64,000 nt of DNA from Psammoneis japonica (taxonomy: Eukaryota): NCBI GenBank assembly GCA_008632985.1, contig QPGO01000062.1, positions 62,001 to 126,000 on the forward strand. Direction: 5' to 3'. The position numbers and the translations under genes were made by a program. Within the stretch, counting starts at the first letter, position 1. Each line of letters opens with the position of its first letter. The notes under the pieces were generated by a model. The model searched no databases and was not told the origin of the DNA. It was given only the letters and a program-made list of their open reading frames with translations. Shown piece after piece: positions 12,226 to 25,000 of this stretch.

Positions 12226-12616
12226 AGACGCGTTCCAGGTCTAGGTGGGACCTCGCACTGCTGAACTGTGACATCGACAGTTTTTTGAATCTCGTCGTAT
12301 GTCGCGCACGTAGAATTCTACGTGATTTTTTGATATTTTGTGTCATTTTACGGTGCACTTATTGAGCGATCCGTCCAACAACTTTTGACATTTTTTGTTA
12401 CAGCGCGATTCTATAATGTCTTAAGAATCGCGTAGGGCAGGTGCATTTGCAAAAATGTCGAGTGGCAAGAGGCACAATTGTGCCACAAACTTGGCCGTTT
12501 ATTTGATGTTGAAGACAATTACATCCATTGATTAAATTCTCGTACTACGGAGCTCGCACGTAGAATTCTACGGGCCCAATGTCACACGGAGTCCCACCCA
12601 GGGCTGGAACGCGTCT
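12226..12616. promoter_or_regulatory. Symmetric AT-rich, TpA-retaining island between divergent ORFs (putative bidirectional promoter)
   Basis: CGCACGTAGAATTCTACG occurs at 12305 and 12555, and 12307-12324 is a perfect 18-bp palindrome. Inverted 26-bp arms at 12226-12251 and 12591-12616 differ at 3 positions. Confidence 0.5.
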
Positions 12617-12621
12617 CTAGA

Positions 12622-15558
12622 TTGTCACCTCGGCGTAGACACAGGTCACCGCACAGGTCACCATCCAGGTGCAGGTCACCCTCCAGGTCAAAAAACAGGT
12701 CTCCAACAATGTTGAGGTCACCATCCAGGTGTCGGGGTCGATCGCGTGTTCGCAAACCCAGGCATTCGTTGCACTCGCACAGGTTGGGTACATCGAGGAA
12801 ATCTGAGAGTCGCGGTTGGGACAAAAGCCATCCTCCCGCACGTTCTGCAGATGACAGCATCCGCTCAAGGAGTTCAAGCAGAACAAGTCAACCTGCCAAC
12901 AGCGGCATGGTCCCATTTTGTCAAATGCGACTCCGCAGAAACAGAAGTGGCAGTCCAATCTCACACCGCACAAGATCTGCCACATCCAGGTCACGCAGCC
13001 TGGAATCTCCCCTGGGACGGTCTCCACCTCCTCGCAAGCGAAGACCAGCAGACCGGTTGCTTTGCTTGCTGAGTGTGCAGCACATGCGGGAAGAAGCAAA
13101 AGGCTGTGAGGACTCGGCTTCTGTGCATCACGTCGAGGAACAATCAACAAACAGTGATGTCATTGATTCTGTTTTCTCAAGTCAGAGCGACCAATCATCA
13201 TCGCATTGGCATGATGGCGCAGTTGTGTCAGCACTTCCCATTGATTTCTCTGATTCTGATTTGCCCAATGGAAGCAGAGACGAATCATCTGATTGCCATT
13301 CAAGCGCTTTTGAGGCAGCACTGCCCTTGCAGATGCAGCGTCCAACTTTCACTGGCAACTGCAAGACTCGGCGGGAGAAAACAGTGTTGCCCCGTTCCCT
13401 GCCACAAGAAGAGAGCTTGCGTGCCAAAAACATGTTCAATGTTGTTTTTGTGTTTGAGGAGATGAACAGTGCTTGCTTCCGCCACAATTCTGGAAAAGCC
13501 AAAGCACTTGACAATTTGGGGAAACTGTCTGGAGAACACAGGCAAAAGCATGCCACCCATCTGCATGTTGTCTTCCAGTTGAAACTGCAGGTGTGCTTGG
13601 CAAGCAGAGCAGACATCCCCCACTGCCAAGTGCCAATTCCGGATTTGGCGTTGGCACTTGGACAGGATGAAACTGACATCAAATGGTCCTTGTATGATGT
13701 TGATTCCGACCATTGCAATGACTTCATGTTGGTGCTCAACCACTTTCCAAACAAACACCCAATCTGCCACATTGACTGGGGCCGATCGCACGTGCTGATT
13801 GACAAATGCCATGAACGTGAGTCGAAAAGCAACCAGGGAAAGAAAACAAGGAAAGGCAATGTTGGCAAGAAAACTGGCAAGAGAAAACGTTTTCAGAAAA
13901 AGAAAAGCAACAAGCCCAAGAAAACTGGGACCCATTGTCAACCAAAGGACCACTTTGCAGATTTCGGCGTTTGCACCAACACAAGCACTGCAAGGGAAGG
14001 CCATGCTGATGGTGTTGCACGGCCTCGAGTTGGGAAAGGGACTGAGGAAGCAATGCCTTTTTTTGAGTCTGCCTCAGCAAACAATGTCGTGGAGGCACTG
14101 CATCTGGCGAACACCAAATTTGGCAAAATTACGGATTGCCACTCGGATGAATGCAACGGCCAAAACAAAGACATGACCCCAGTTTTGTCTGTTTCAAAAA
14201 TCACAAATGATGGAGAAACAAGAGATGCTGTCATTGCTTGCACCCGCAGTTCTGTAGAAACTGCGGAGAAGAGGATTTGACTTGCCTTGCCCATCACAAC
14301 ACGAGCCATTCGCACCTGCCAAAACTTGCCCGTGCACCGGCAACGACTGGAGCCGGCAATTGTCTGTGATCACTTGACAGGATTTAAGGGATGCAAAGGA
14401 ATCGATGCATTAAAAGGCGACTGCAACATGGAACCAACGTCATGCCACCAGCTCTTTCTACACTTCATTGTCGCAATGATTGACAAATTCTCACTTACGT
14501 TGCCGCAGATTGTCGCTGTTCAGACTTGCTTCGAGGTGCACCCGGCGCAGTCATGTCACTTTGGAGCAGTTGCGTTGGTTCTTTTATCCGTTGATGCCTT
14601 CCAGCCACCAAGCGACCCCTGCGGATTGGGGTGTCTCATTTAAGAAATGATGGTCCACATAAAAGAGGCACATTCTAGAGGCATCCCTCTGCGATGTGCG
14701 TCACACAGCAAGAGACCACCCTTGCCAACCAAGGCTGAATGGAAAAAACGGAATGATAAAAAGGGAAAGTGGATTTGTGACATTTGGAATGAGCATGCAA
14801 ACAAGCCACAAAACAAAGACATCGTCTCTATTTACAAGAAACTGATGAATCAGTTGTCTGAATTCTCCCCGCAATGCGACGTCTTGCACCTCAATCATTC
14901 GATTGCGATCATGGCAGAAATTGGCCAGCTTCCTGTTTGGATGCTGCATCATTGCCACTGCAAAAAGGATTCCCTCCCTGACACAAAAATTGCCGAAGAA
15001 TGTGGACTGGGCAAGATGGACGATGCGGACATGTTCCATTTGGCTCAAACCATGCAGGGTGCATTCACCGTGCAGTTGAACAACCCCGGGGGTGATGACA
15101 AGAAAGACACTCACTTCACCATTCGTTTTGTTGAGAACATTCTTTGCAAAATGTTTCGCTTCTGGATCAGCAAAGGGAGGGTAAACTGCTGCGATGTCCA
15201 TTTTGCAGGAATGTCATTTTTTGTTTTCCACGATGAGGCGAATTTTCTTTGTCACTTTGATGGTTCCAGTGACCCCGAAGAGCTGCCTCCCGGTGGATTA
15301 ATCCAAAACTTTTCATGTAAAAGTGAGGAAAAAAAGATGGAGGAGATTGCCAAAGAACTGTGTGAGGACAATGATTGGGCCGGGTCGACCTGGGATCATG
15401 GTCCCATTCAAATTGCATTTGAACTCAATTTCAACAAACTGCTGTCTTATCCACCAGAGGCGATGTTGGACATTTTGGCCAAAAACAAAATGTCAAACGC
15501 AATGAGGGACTGGTCTGTGTGGTTCTACTTCATAAAGAGAAAGAGGAACATGAAATGA
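12622..15558 (+). pseudogene. ~980-codon cargo gene with two in-frame stops: RS-rich N-terminus, HxDxxN...RxxxIx(Y)xR segment, C-terminal ENILCK helical region
   Basis: ORFs 12622-14280, 14287-14643 and 14647-15558 share one frame, separated by single stops (TGA 14278, TAA 14641). Confidence 0.55.
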
Positions 15559-15761
15559 GAGCAGACACCCAGCTCGCATGTCCTTCTCATCCCCCGCAGC
15601 TAGCTGCGTGTCGGCCACAACAGCGCGTCTTTAAACAAAAGAGCATGTGCGCTGCTCCTTCACGGGTCCATCCACCATTGGAGCACGTGCACTGCTCATG
15701 CCATTGTCTCCCCCACACAGGCTGGATTGTCAACCAAGACGGATGACAGAGCAGTTGATGG

Positions 15762-18700
15762 TTAGCCGGCTGTCAACCAATCGTCGAAAACGTCCAAGCT
15801 GAGTTCCGTTTTCACAAAGCATCCATCTCTGGTTCTTTCATTCCACAGATGGCTGACACAATAAAAGCTGTTTAGGAACGTTTCACCATCATCTTCCATC
15901 CTTGGCAATGCCAGCACAAACTGATGTCCCAAGCTGTTGCAAAGATCTGTTGCCGCATCAAATGATTTTCTCCTGTCTGTTGCTTGAACTGGCACCATCC
16001 AACACAAGTCCAAAATTTCTTCACCTTCCTCATCCACAAATTCTAAAGCAACTGCAGTTGCAGAGGAGCGAGTGGCTCCTTTTTCACCCACTGGTCGAAA
16101 CAACAACCACACAGTGCAATCGGATGACACAAGGCCAGCAAAGGGAAGGCATTGCTGTCTTGCCTCCAACAATGTGTTCCAGTTGCTGTAGATTTTGAAG
16201 ATGCCATCTGGACGTCTGTTCTTCGATGAACCTTTCTCACTGTCACGTTCTAAAAGCCAAGAAATGGTTGCCTGTTGGTGAATGTGACGCAAAGCGATTG
16301 TTTGCCAGTCTGCATTGCTGCGTTTGATGCTGACCTCTGGCCTCACAGTTTGCACACCACTTTCTCCAGAATCGTCACCCTCCCAATGCAGAATGGCCGG
16401 TCCATCATGTTGGTGGGATTCCGCGACTCCCAGCATTCCAAGTGAAACAGATTTCACAAAGTTCGCCTTTTTTTCTTTTTCTTCTGAACTTCACCGTCGC
16501 CTTCTACGGCATCGTTGTCTGCCTCATCTGAGGGTGCTTTCATCAACCACATGTCCATCTCGACCATTGCATCCAAATGTGTCAAAACCATTTCGTGAAG
16601 GTCCCCAACAACGCGCTCCGAAGACATGACTCAGCTCAGACAAGCTTGTGTGGCAGAAGCAAATAGAAGCAACATCCGTGACACACCTGCACAATCCGAG
16701 TGATTGTCCATTGCCCGTTGTTGGTGAAGCGCAGGCAGCGCAACCACAAATTTTACTGTCCTTGCCCAAAAGAAGCAATTTTCACTGACCCAGGGACCTG
16801 TGCCCCACTTGCTGGTGGACAGTGGATGAGCCGCAAAACATTTGGTTGATCGGAGGGACTGGATGGACCGCAAGCATTTGTTTGCTTGCTTTCCAAAGGT
16901 TGCCTGAAGTTCAAATCGAGAGAACAATTTGGACATCATTTCGAAATCACTTTTAACACTGCCCAGACCAATGGTGTGCATTGGTGCACAATGACAACGT
17001 GAAAGTGCTTTGGGATTAAGCCAAGGTGCTGGATGTGTTGGGCAAGGCAGGTTGCATTTTGCAGCTGCGCACACTGTGTCGATGTGGCATTGGATGACGG
17101 CACAAGTACGAAGACAGGCCGTGAGGTCAGCTTTGGTCCAAAAGCGCTTGGCACTTGGGGTGCCCGGCGGATGTGTTCTCATGTTGTGATGTGCAAACAC
17201 GATCGCTTGCTGCAACCAGGGAACAGTGAGTTTGATGGAGGCCAGCCATTGTCTTGGGGTGGCCACACGTTGGCGTTTGCGTCTGCGACGAGAAGAATCG
17301 GTCGATGTGGATGGATCTGTGGCCAAGTCTTGAGTGGATTGGATGTCATGTGCCGACGGGTTGAAGACAGTCACTTCCCTGCCAGTGGGAGGTTTCGGTG
17401 CACCTTCGCGTTGGTCACATGAACAGGGGCAGTCAGCCGGAGCCAGAAAACGAAACGCAGTGTCGAACACATTCCAGGATGCACAAGCATTGTGTGGACA
17501 TGTGCTAGAAACAGGAGGAACGTTGATTGCAACTGCGCCATCCACTGGTGCTCCTTCTTCCTGTGAATTGTCGGTGACATCAGAAGGATCCTCGGACGTG
17601 CTAAAATGGTTGCTCACATGTGCTTTGCGACAGAGCTGACAATGAGGCAAGTGTGATTGAAAGAACAGTTTCCATCTACATGGCAGGCATGTTCCCAAAA
17701 CGTTGAACAGCTGCCATTGTGGTCTCCAACACGAAACATGCAGGAACATTCAGGCCGATCCACACAAACACTGAGTTTGCCAGCTTTAACCCGTGTGAGC
17801 TTCTGCAGTCCGCCATGGTAAAACCAATGGCTTTCTTCAGACAACGACTGCAGTTCGCATTCAAACATTGTCTCCACAACTTCATGATTTTCTCCCTTGG
17901 ACGACATTGCCATGAAGCAGGTGTGGCATCCACTGGAAGAATTGGGAGGAGGGCAGCAGGTGTGCGTGTCAAGCCACACTTGATTGTGTGACTTCTTTGT
18001 GCCGTTGGGATCGAAGTCATCACGCCATTCTCGCACCCAAAGATGCAACACAAAACCGTCGACATCTTCTTTAAGTTCCATGAACAAGGAATGCGCCGCC
18101 GGTGTGCGTGAAATGGCAGGTTGCGAATCTTGAACAATGACGTCCGCATCAAAGTGGAACTTGTCAAATTGCGTGGCTTTTGCCAACTCATTTGCAAGCA
18201 CGTCTTTAAAGGAAACATGGGAATGACTGCCATCATCGGTTTTCCTGGGAACAGGATGAGGCAAATTTGGCACAATGGCATGTTTGCTGGACAAATGCAA
18301 CATTTCAAAATCTTTCACAGAAGTGGGGACACGAGTCCGACGAAAAATGGACAAGTCTGGATCACGGCTGTTTGTGGCTTGCAGCATGCATTCTGCCAAC
18401 AATTCACGTTGTTTCTCGGTGAGTTGTGAAAGCAGGCTAGCCATCACAAGTGAAAAATGGGCCTCTTCTTTGGTCACCTCGGTGACGGGCAATTCGAAAG
18501 CGTCAGCTGTCAATTTCTGGATGCCTTGTCCGGGGTGCGAATGCTCGCACCAAAAAAAGGCCGGGCTGTTGGAGTCCGGATCAAAACCTTGTCGGAGATC
18601 ATCAGTGCGCAATGGAGGACGTGAGCCGGCATCATTGACGTCGTAAATCCAATCATCTTGGTTGGAAGGCTCCTTGCTCTCGGAAACAGAGGCGTCATTG

Positions 18701-19275
18701 TCATCGTTGCACCAACATTCGTCGTGTGCAGGCTCCGCCGGCGCACACACGGCATTTGCACTGCTTGTTGGTGCGGCTTTCAAAGCTTCAAAGGATTGCA
18801 CATGAGTTGGAGTTATGGTGTGCTCAACGCAGGTTTTCCAATCTTTAAGAATTGGAAGATGACGACCACCGCTGTTTGTGTTGCTGCTGTTCCAGCAGCA
18901 TTCGCAGACAAAAAAGGAATCAACTGAACACTCCGGGTTGAGACATTTGCCGGAATGGAGGCAATCACCCATGTTTATGATGCTGTTGGAGTTGTCACAT
19001 TGAGTCAATGGAACAGTCAAGAAGCAATGTTTGCAGCATGTGGAGAAGGCTGTGGAGGCCATGACTTGTGCAGACAAAGGTGGAAATGCAAAAATTGTGT
19101 TGTGTGTGCGATGCGCCGACACAGGCGACAATTGACAACAACAGAGCAACAACGATGCTCGTCGACAGATCGCCACAAACAAAAATGACGAGATTATGAG
19201 CATTGACTGGCAACCATGAATGCATGCGTGCACATGCGCCAATGACGCTTTGAATCGTCCATCATTGCGTCTCAT
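15762..19275 (-). mobile_element. Plavaka/CMC(EnSpm)-like DNA transposase, frameshifted and hypermutated
   Basis: Ordered motifs across three ORFs: EWRDDFDPNGTKKSHNQVW...SKGENHEVV...FECELQSL...VCVDRPE (17614-19275); HCAPMHTIGLGSVK and GPWVSENC (16631-17749); DGPAILHWEGDDSGESGVQ (15762-16457). This order matches Plavaka/Tnp2-type RNase-H-fold transposases. Confidence 0.6.
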
Positions 19276-19673
19276 TGTGTGTGTGTGTGTTCATTGTTCG
19301 TTTGCTTTGAAGAAAAACCATTTGCTCTGAGAGTGCAAAAGGTCGCAGGAGGCTGCAGTCATTTGAAGCGAATGCCCTGAATGATTGCACTTAATCGAAG
19401 GCATCCTCTGAATGTGGCTAAACAGGGCAAATGTTGGCATTTTGCTCTGATTGTCTTGTGCACAGAGCATGTCGCTCTGACCATGGCTCAAACAGAGCAA
19501 AGCCACAACCAGTTGTTTGGCACTTGCAATCGGGGCAAAATGCTCTGTTTGTTTTTTATTTAGAGCGAAAACAGCTTGTTCAGAGTGATTCTCATTTGCA
19601 GTGTAATGAGTCGAAAGAAAGAAACAGGGTTCAGGAGGTGGCGGCGGTCGGCGGGGGCGGAAAACAAGACTGA

Positions 19674-21001
19674 GGCACGTTCCCACCCTGATAATTTCGG
19701 CCGTAAAATAAATGTAATTTGGCCAAATTTACGTGTTTACGGGCGTCAGGCTGGGAATGAATTCGATCGGTAAAAAAGATCAAAATCTCATGTCGAGCTC
19801 GGTGAGGACGCTGCACGCCACAGCACTGTTTACACTGCTGCTGCAGCACTGGCTAGAGCTGCTAGCTAGAGAGACACCACAACATTGTCAGCGACAATCG
19901 TTGTCCATTTTGCGATTGCTCTGCGGCAACCCAAGACTCAGGATGACACCAGTGAAGGTCAGAAGAAATACATCCAACATTCAATCCACTGGCAAGAGTT
20001 GCAGAGAGATCAGAAAGACGCACGAAACAATGGCATGCAGTGAGACTACAGCATGTAAAACTGCCAAATGTAATTTCTGCAGAATGTGAGGTGCCAAAAG
20101 GCACCATTGTTGACTCTTGCGGTTTGCCATTGGCCCAAATCCATTTCAAAGAGCAAAGTGACAAAGAGCAAGTCACAGAGAAGGCCTCCAGACAGTAGAG
20201 CAAGGCACTGTGAGGCACAATGCCGATGATGTTGCGCAAAACATTGACCCCCACCAGCATCATTGTCCTAACTTCCGACAAGATTGATGAAATGAGTGCA
20301 CACAGCCTTCTTCACAGTCACATTCTATCACAACAAGCCTTCCTGTTGTTGTTGAAGTGACCAAAATGTTGCATTCTTGACTCTTGACCGTCAATCAAGT
20401 GACCTTGAGCACACACCAAAGAACCACCTCAATGTGACATCAGATCACAATGTGTTGCTACGAGGATTCGGCCTCAAGTCTGTGGACGTGTGGTTTGTGA
20501 AGAATCCCAACGCGAAATCTGAACAAGAGAAACGAAGACATCAAAAACACCATTGGTCGACACGGTCATCACAAGCCATGACAACAACGAAAAATCAAAA
20601 TTGTGACAGCTTGATCGTGTCGAGCGCAGTCTCATTGACCTGTCTCCACAGTCTTGCCTTCGTAGACAGGACGGTCGTTCGTGTGTGAACGGGTCCGTTC
20701 ATGGCAGCAGCCATCATGGTTGTTGTGCGATCGGAGCGGAGAAAGAAAAAAAATGGGCGGCTTGTGTGACGTGGCACGTTCGAGCTCCCAAAACGCCGAA
20801 TTTGCCGTGAAAATTATGTTTGCGGGAGAGAATTTACGACGACCGACACCTGTCGTCGTAATTTGCTGATGATTTCGGCTGTAAATTGGCGGATGGAAAA
20901 CAGACGTGCGATTTTTCTTGTACGAGAGTTTCTACAGGAATTTTGTGTAGAACGAAATTACATTTGTTTTACGGCCGAAATTGTCGGGGTGGGAACGTGC
21001 C
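19674..21001. mobile_element. Non-autonomous TIR element (PIF/Harbinger-like MITE), 1328 bp
   Basis: ~47-bp TIRs GGCACGTTCCCACCCTGATAATTTCGGCCGTAAAATAAATGTAATTT (from 19674) and its reverse complement ending at 21001, with 3 mismatches. A 3-bp TSD TGA lies at 19671-19673 and 21002-21004. Confidence 0.85.
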
Positions 21002-21044
21002 TGAAATCGAAATTTTTGGGGCGATGCCGATGACGGTTAAGGCG

Positions 21045-21840
21045 GGTCATCCCCGCGTTCATCCTAGAAATTATCGTGGCATTTGAACAAGGACATTTGT
21101 GGTGTTTATTTTTGAATGCAAAAATTATTTACATTCACCCCCGATCGCGCACGAAAACGAGAACATCAGGCACCGTGATCGAAGCACGATGATGACGGTG
21201 ATGTCGACATAAGTCCAAAACACAGTGGTCCGTGCGCAAACATTTGATGCATGTGTGACCTTAGATGCACAACAAGCACAAAATAAATGAAAGTTGACGC
21301 ACGGCCCACCTCCGTCACAGACTTGTGGCTTGATGTTTTCACCACGGTGAAGCACGGTGAAATTCAAGAAAAATCATGCAAATCACGAGCTGTTCGGCCA
21401 AATTCGAGCTAAAAAAAGTGGGGGATGACCCACCTTGAGGGGGGTCATCCCCGCGTTTGTCCCAAAATTGCCGTTGCATTTGAGTGAGGTTTTTTACAGT
21501 GTTCATTTTTGAACACAAGAATTGTTCATGGTCACACCCGATCGCGCACGAAAACGAGAACCATCAACACCGCGATCGAAGCACGACGATGATGACAATC
21601 ATCGACATTTCTCAAAAACGCAGTTTGCCGTCTACCAACTTTTCATGCGTGTGCAATCTTTGATGCGTGACAAACACAAAACAAATGAGAGTTGGCAGAC
21701 GGGCCACCTCCATCACAGACTTGTGGCTTGTTGTTTTCACCACGGTGAAGCACGGTGAAATTCAGGAAAAATCATGCAAAACACGAGCCATTCGGCCGAA
21801 TTCGAGCTAAAAAAAGTGGCAACCGACCACCCTCAAGGAC
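21045..21840. repeat. ~398-bp direct repeat, two copies (possible subterminal repeat of the large DNA transposon)
   Basis: ggtcatccccgcgtt at ~21045 and ~21443; ccgatcgcgcacgaaaacgagaac at 21141 and 21538; cacagacttgtggcttg at ~21316 and ~21714. Confidence 0.85.
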
Positions 21841-22053
21841 CCGCGTGCAATCTTCACAATCAAAGACAAACAATTTCAGTCGGCAATCGCTTCGTCGTGT
21901 TGAAGAAACCTGTCCGTTGGCACATCAACTCGTCAACTCGGCACGCTGAGACAGCATTGGACAAGATGCTGGACTTTTGCCGTTGTCTCTGTCCCTCAAA
22001 CTGTTTCCATGTCATGCAAATTGTTTGTCATGACATCGTGAGATTGGCCCACC

Positions 22054-25000
22054 ACTTGGGATGCAACAACACACTGTGTAGGATGGAGAGTTCAGGACTC
22101 TCTTGAGGTTGTGCAATGCAACAGAGGATGGCAAGAAGTGGGTTTGGGACAATGAGATGCGCCAAAGATACGAATTGTGAGAAGATCTCACGAGGGATTG
22201 GAGATGACATTATGACCCAACGGTCGTGTGTGTCACTCCGATTGCTGTCGCTAGAAGACTCAACGGACATTTCTTCCGGAAGAAGAGATCCATGACCGGG
22301 AGCGTCATCCGTGAATCAGACTCGGTTGTTGACTCGTGACTCTCCCTCTCAACCGAAAAGAGAAGGAGAACTGTCAGTCACCAGCCCATGAGGGCTTTGC
22401 GACCAGTGCGGAATAGATCGACAGTCAATCCTTTAGCAAACTGGTCAGCAAGCTGTGCAGCTGAGCTCACAGGCTCAATTTTGATCTCCAAAGCCTCAAC
22501 TTTAGTACGAAACCAATGGNNNNNNNNNNNNNNNNNNNNNNNNNNNNNNNNNNNNNNNNNNNNNNNNNNNNNNNNNNNNNNNNNNNNNNNNNNNNNNNNN
22601 NNNNNNNNNNNNNNNNNNNNNNNNNNNNNNNNNNNNNNNNNNNNNNNNNNNNNNNNNNNNNNNNNNNNNNNNNNNNNNNNNNNNNNNNNNNNNNNNNNNN
22701 NNNNNNNNNNNNNNNNNNNNNNNNNNNNNNNNNNNNNNNNNNNNNNNNNNNNNNNNNNNNNNNNNNNNNNNNNNNNNNNNNNNNNNNNNNNNNNNNNNNN
22801 NNNNNNNNNNNNNNNNNNNNNNNNNNNNNNNNNNNNNNNNNNNNNNNNNNNNNNNNNNNNNNNNNNNNNNNNNNNNNNNNNNNNNNNNNNNNNNNNNNNN
22901 NNNNNNNNNNNNNNNNNNNNNNNNNNNNNNNNNNNNNNNNNNNNNNNNNNNNNNNNNNNNNNNNNNNNNNNNNNNNNNNNNNNNNNNNNNNNNNNNNNNN
23001 NNNNNNNNNNNNNNNNNNNNNNNNNNNNNNNNNNNNNNNNNNNNNNGTGGGAGGCCTTGGGTGCGTGGGAGAACCGTGCGACTTGATGGGTCGCGCAAGC
23101 AATGTCCGGGCGGCTGTTGGACGCTAGATGCATCAGCATGCCGACCACGGAACGGCAGTCACAAGGCTCTTCGAACGGTGGCCCGTCGGTGTCGCTGCCA
23201 GCAGGAGTGGGCAAGGCAGGAGCAGGTGCGCCGTTGCACTTGGTCATCTGTGCGGTGCGGAGAACTTTCTCAATTAGGCCGGGTTGGGTCAGGAGGAATC
23301 GGCCGTCTTCGAGCTTTTGAATCTTGACACCTGGAAAGTTACTGACTTCGCCTTCATCACGTAGATCAAAGACATGGTGTTGCTCATCGTTGGAAATGCC
23401 CAACTTGGCAATCTCTGCTTCGAAGGCTTGGGCCGATGCGCCAGCGAACACGGTGTCGTCAACATGTGCCACACATGACACACCCTTTTTGAAATAAAGA
23501 CAAGGGTCAATGGCGGATTGAATCCATCCTCTTTCGAGCAATCCGTCCCTCAGCTTTTCACAGAAGCACTTGGGAGACTGGCGTAGGCCGTGTGGGCCTT
23601 TCAATGATTTCAGCACCAGATCGGCGCCCGATTTTGGTTGGAAACCCTTTGGAGGCTCTACATGGACCTTCTCCTTGATGTCAGCTTGGCAGAAGGCTGT
23701 GGCACAGTCCACTTGACGTGCAGTCCAACCTTCCTTGAGCACCGTGGTGAGGAGAAGGCGCATGGACGACCATTGCACTGCCGGCGCGCAGGTCTCGAAA
23801 AAATCGATCCCGTGTTTCTGCAAATCGCCGCGAACGCAACATCGTGCCTTGCACTTCAAGGGCGCACCATCCGGGAGTCGTTTGAGTTTGAAAGCCCATG
23901 TGCCGGGTGGTGCATTCACATCTGCCGTTCTTGGCACCATTTCCCATGCACGTCGGTGGAGCAGCGCGTTGATTTCGATTTTCATGGCCTCAACCCACTC
24001 TTCGGATTCATCGCTGCGCATGGCCTCGTGCAAAGAAGGCATGTCGGGATCTTTTTGCTTTTTAGCAGTTGCATGTACCCTGGGATCGTTGANNNNNNNN
24101 NNNNNNNNNNNNNNNNNNNNNNNNNNNNNNNNNNNNNNNNNNNNNNNNNNNNNNNNNNNNNNNNNNNNNNNNNNNNNNNNNNNNNNNNNNNNNNNNNNNN
24201 NNNNNNNNNNNNNNNNNNNNNNNNNNNNNNNNNNNNNNNNNNGACTTGAGCGACGTAAGGGTGTGACGTGGATGTCGCGAAGACGATGTCGGGGCACAGC
24301 AGTCCCGGTAAAAATGTCCGCGGGGCAGCAGCCTTGAGCGTTGGGAGTCACGTTATAAATGTGCGCGGCCACAGGCCATAAAGAGCTGTCTGTGCCCCCC
24401 TTCCAACGGATGGATGCGTGGAGGAGCATCGCTCTCGCCATGTTGGAGACGGAGCGAATGCCGCGTTCTGCGACGCCGTTCTGATGGTGGGCGTTGGTTC
24501 CACAAAAACGTAGACGTTGTTCGTGCTGTCGCATGTGTTGCACAAAAGCACTGGCCTTGAAAGCGCCAGAATCGGCAAGAAATTCTTGGATGATGACTCC
24601 GTGGTCCATCGCGTGCTTCTCAAACGCTTGCTTCGCTCGCACCGTTTCCACAGCAGAGAAACCAAGTTGGTGTTCAACATGTGGGTAACCGGAGGCATGA
24701 TCCACAAAAATGCAGCCTCCTTTGTATTGCTGGGACGAGGCCTTCCCGCAGGAGTCGTAGGTTCGGCCGAGGAGACGGGATTCGAAGTGATCCACGCTGA
24801 CGGCTTGGCCTGGACGTAGATGCTCGGCTCGAAGAGCACCCTCACGCTCTGGAGTAGCCGCATGTTTGGCAGACTTGAGGGTTCGGCGATGTCCTTTGGC
24901 ATGTTCGCACACCTCGCACCGCGGAATGTCGCAACGCGAAGCATGCTTGAATTTGGGTCGGAGAAAAGGTTCGGCCCGAAGCAGGCCTTGGATGCGTGGC

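Noticed and set aside
11620..12275. Acidic minus-strand ORF remnant (ETFDE-like repeats)
   Set aside because: Fragmented by stops and frameshifts with no recognisable family; not called as a feature.
1100..21900. Numerous short Cys/His-rich ORFs as zinc-finger or metal-binding proteins
   Set aside because: Cys/His enrichment and ORF density follow from TA->TG/CA conversion and loss of TAA/TAG stops.
22388..24337. ORFs made mostly of X
   Set aside because: Artefacts of the N gaps at 22520-23046 and 24093-24242.
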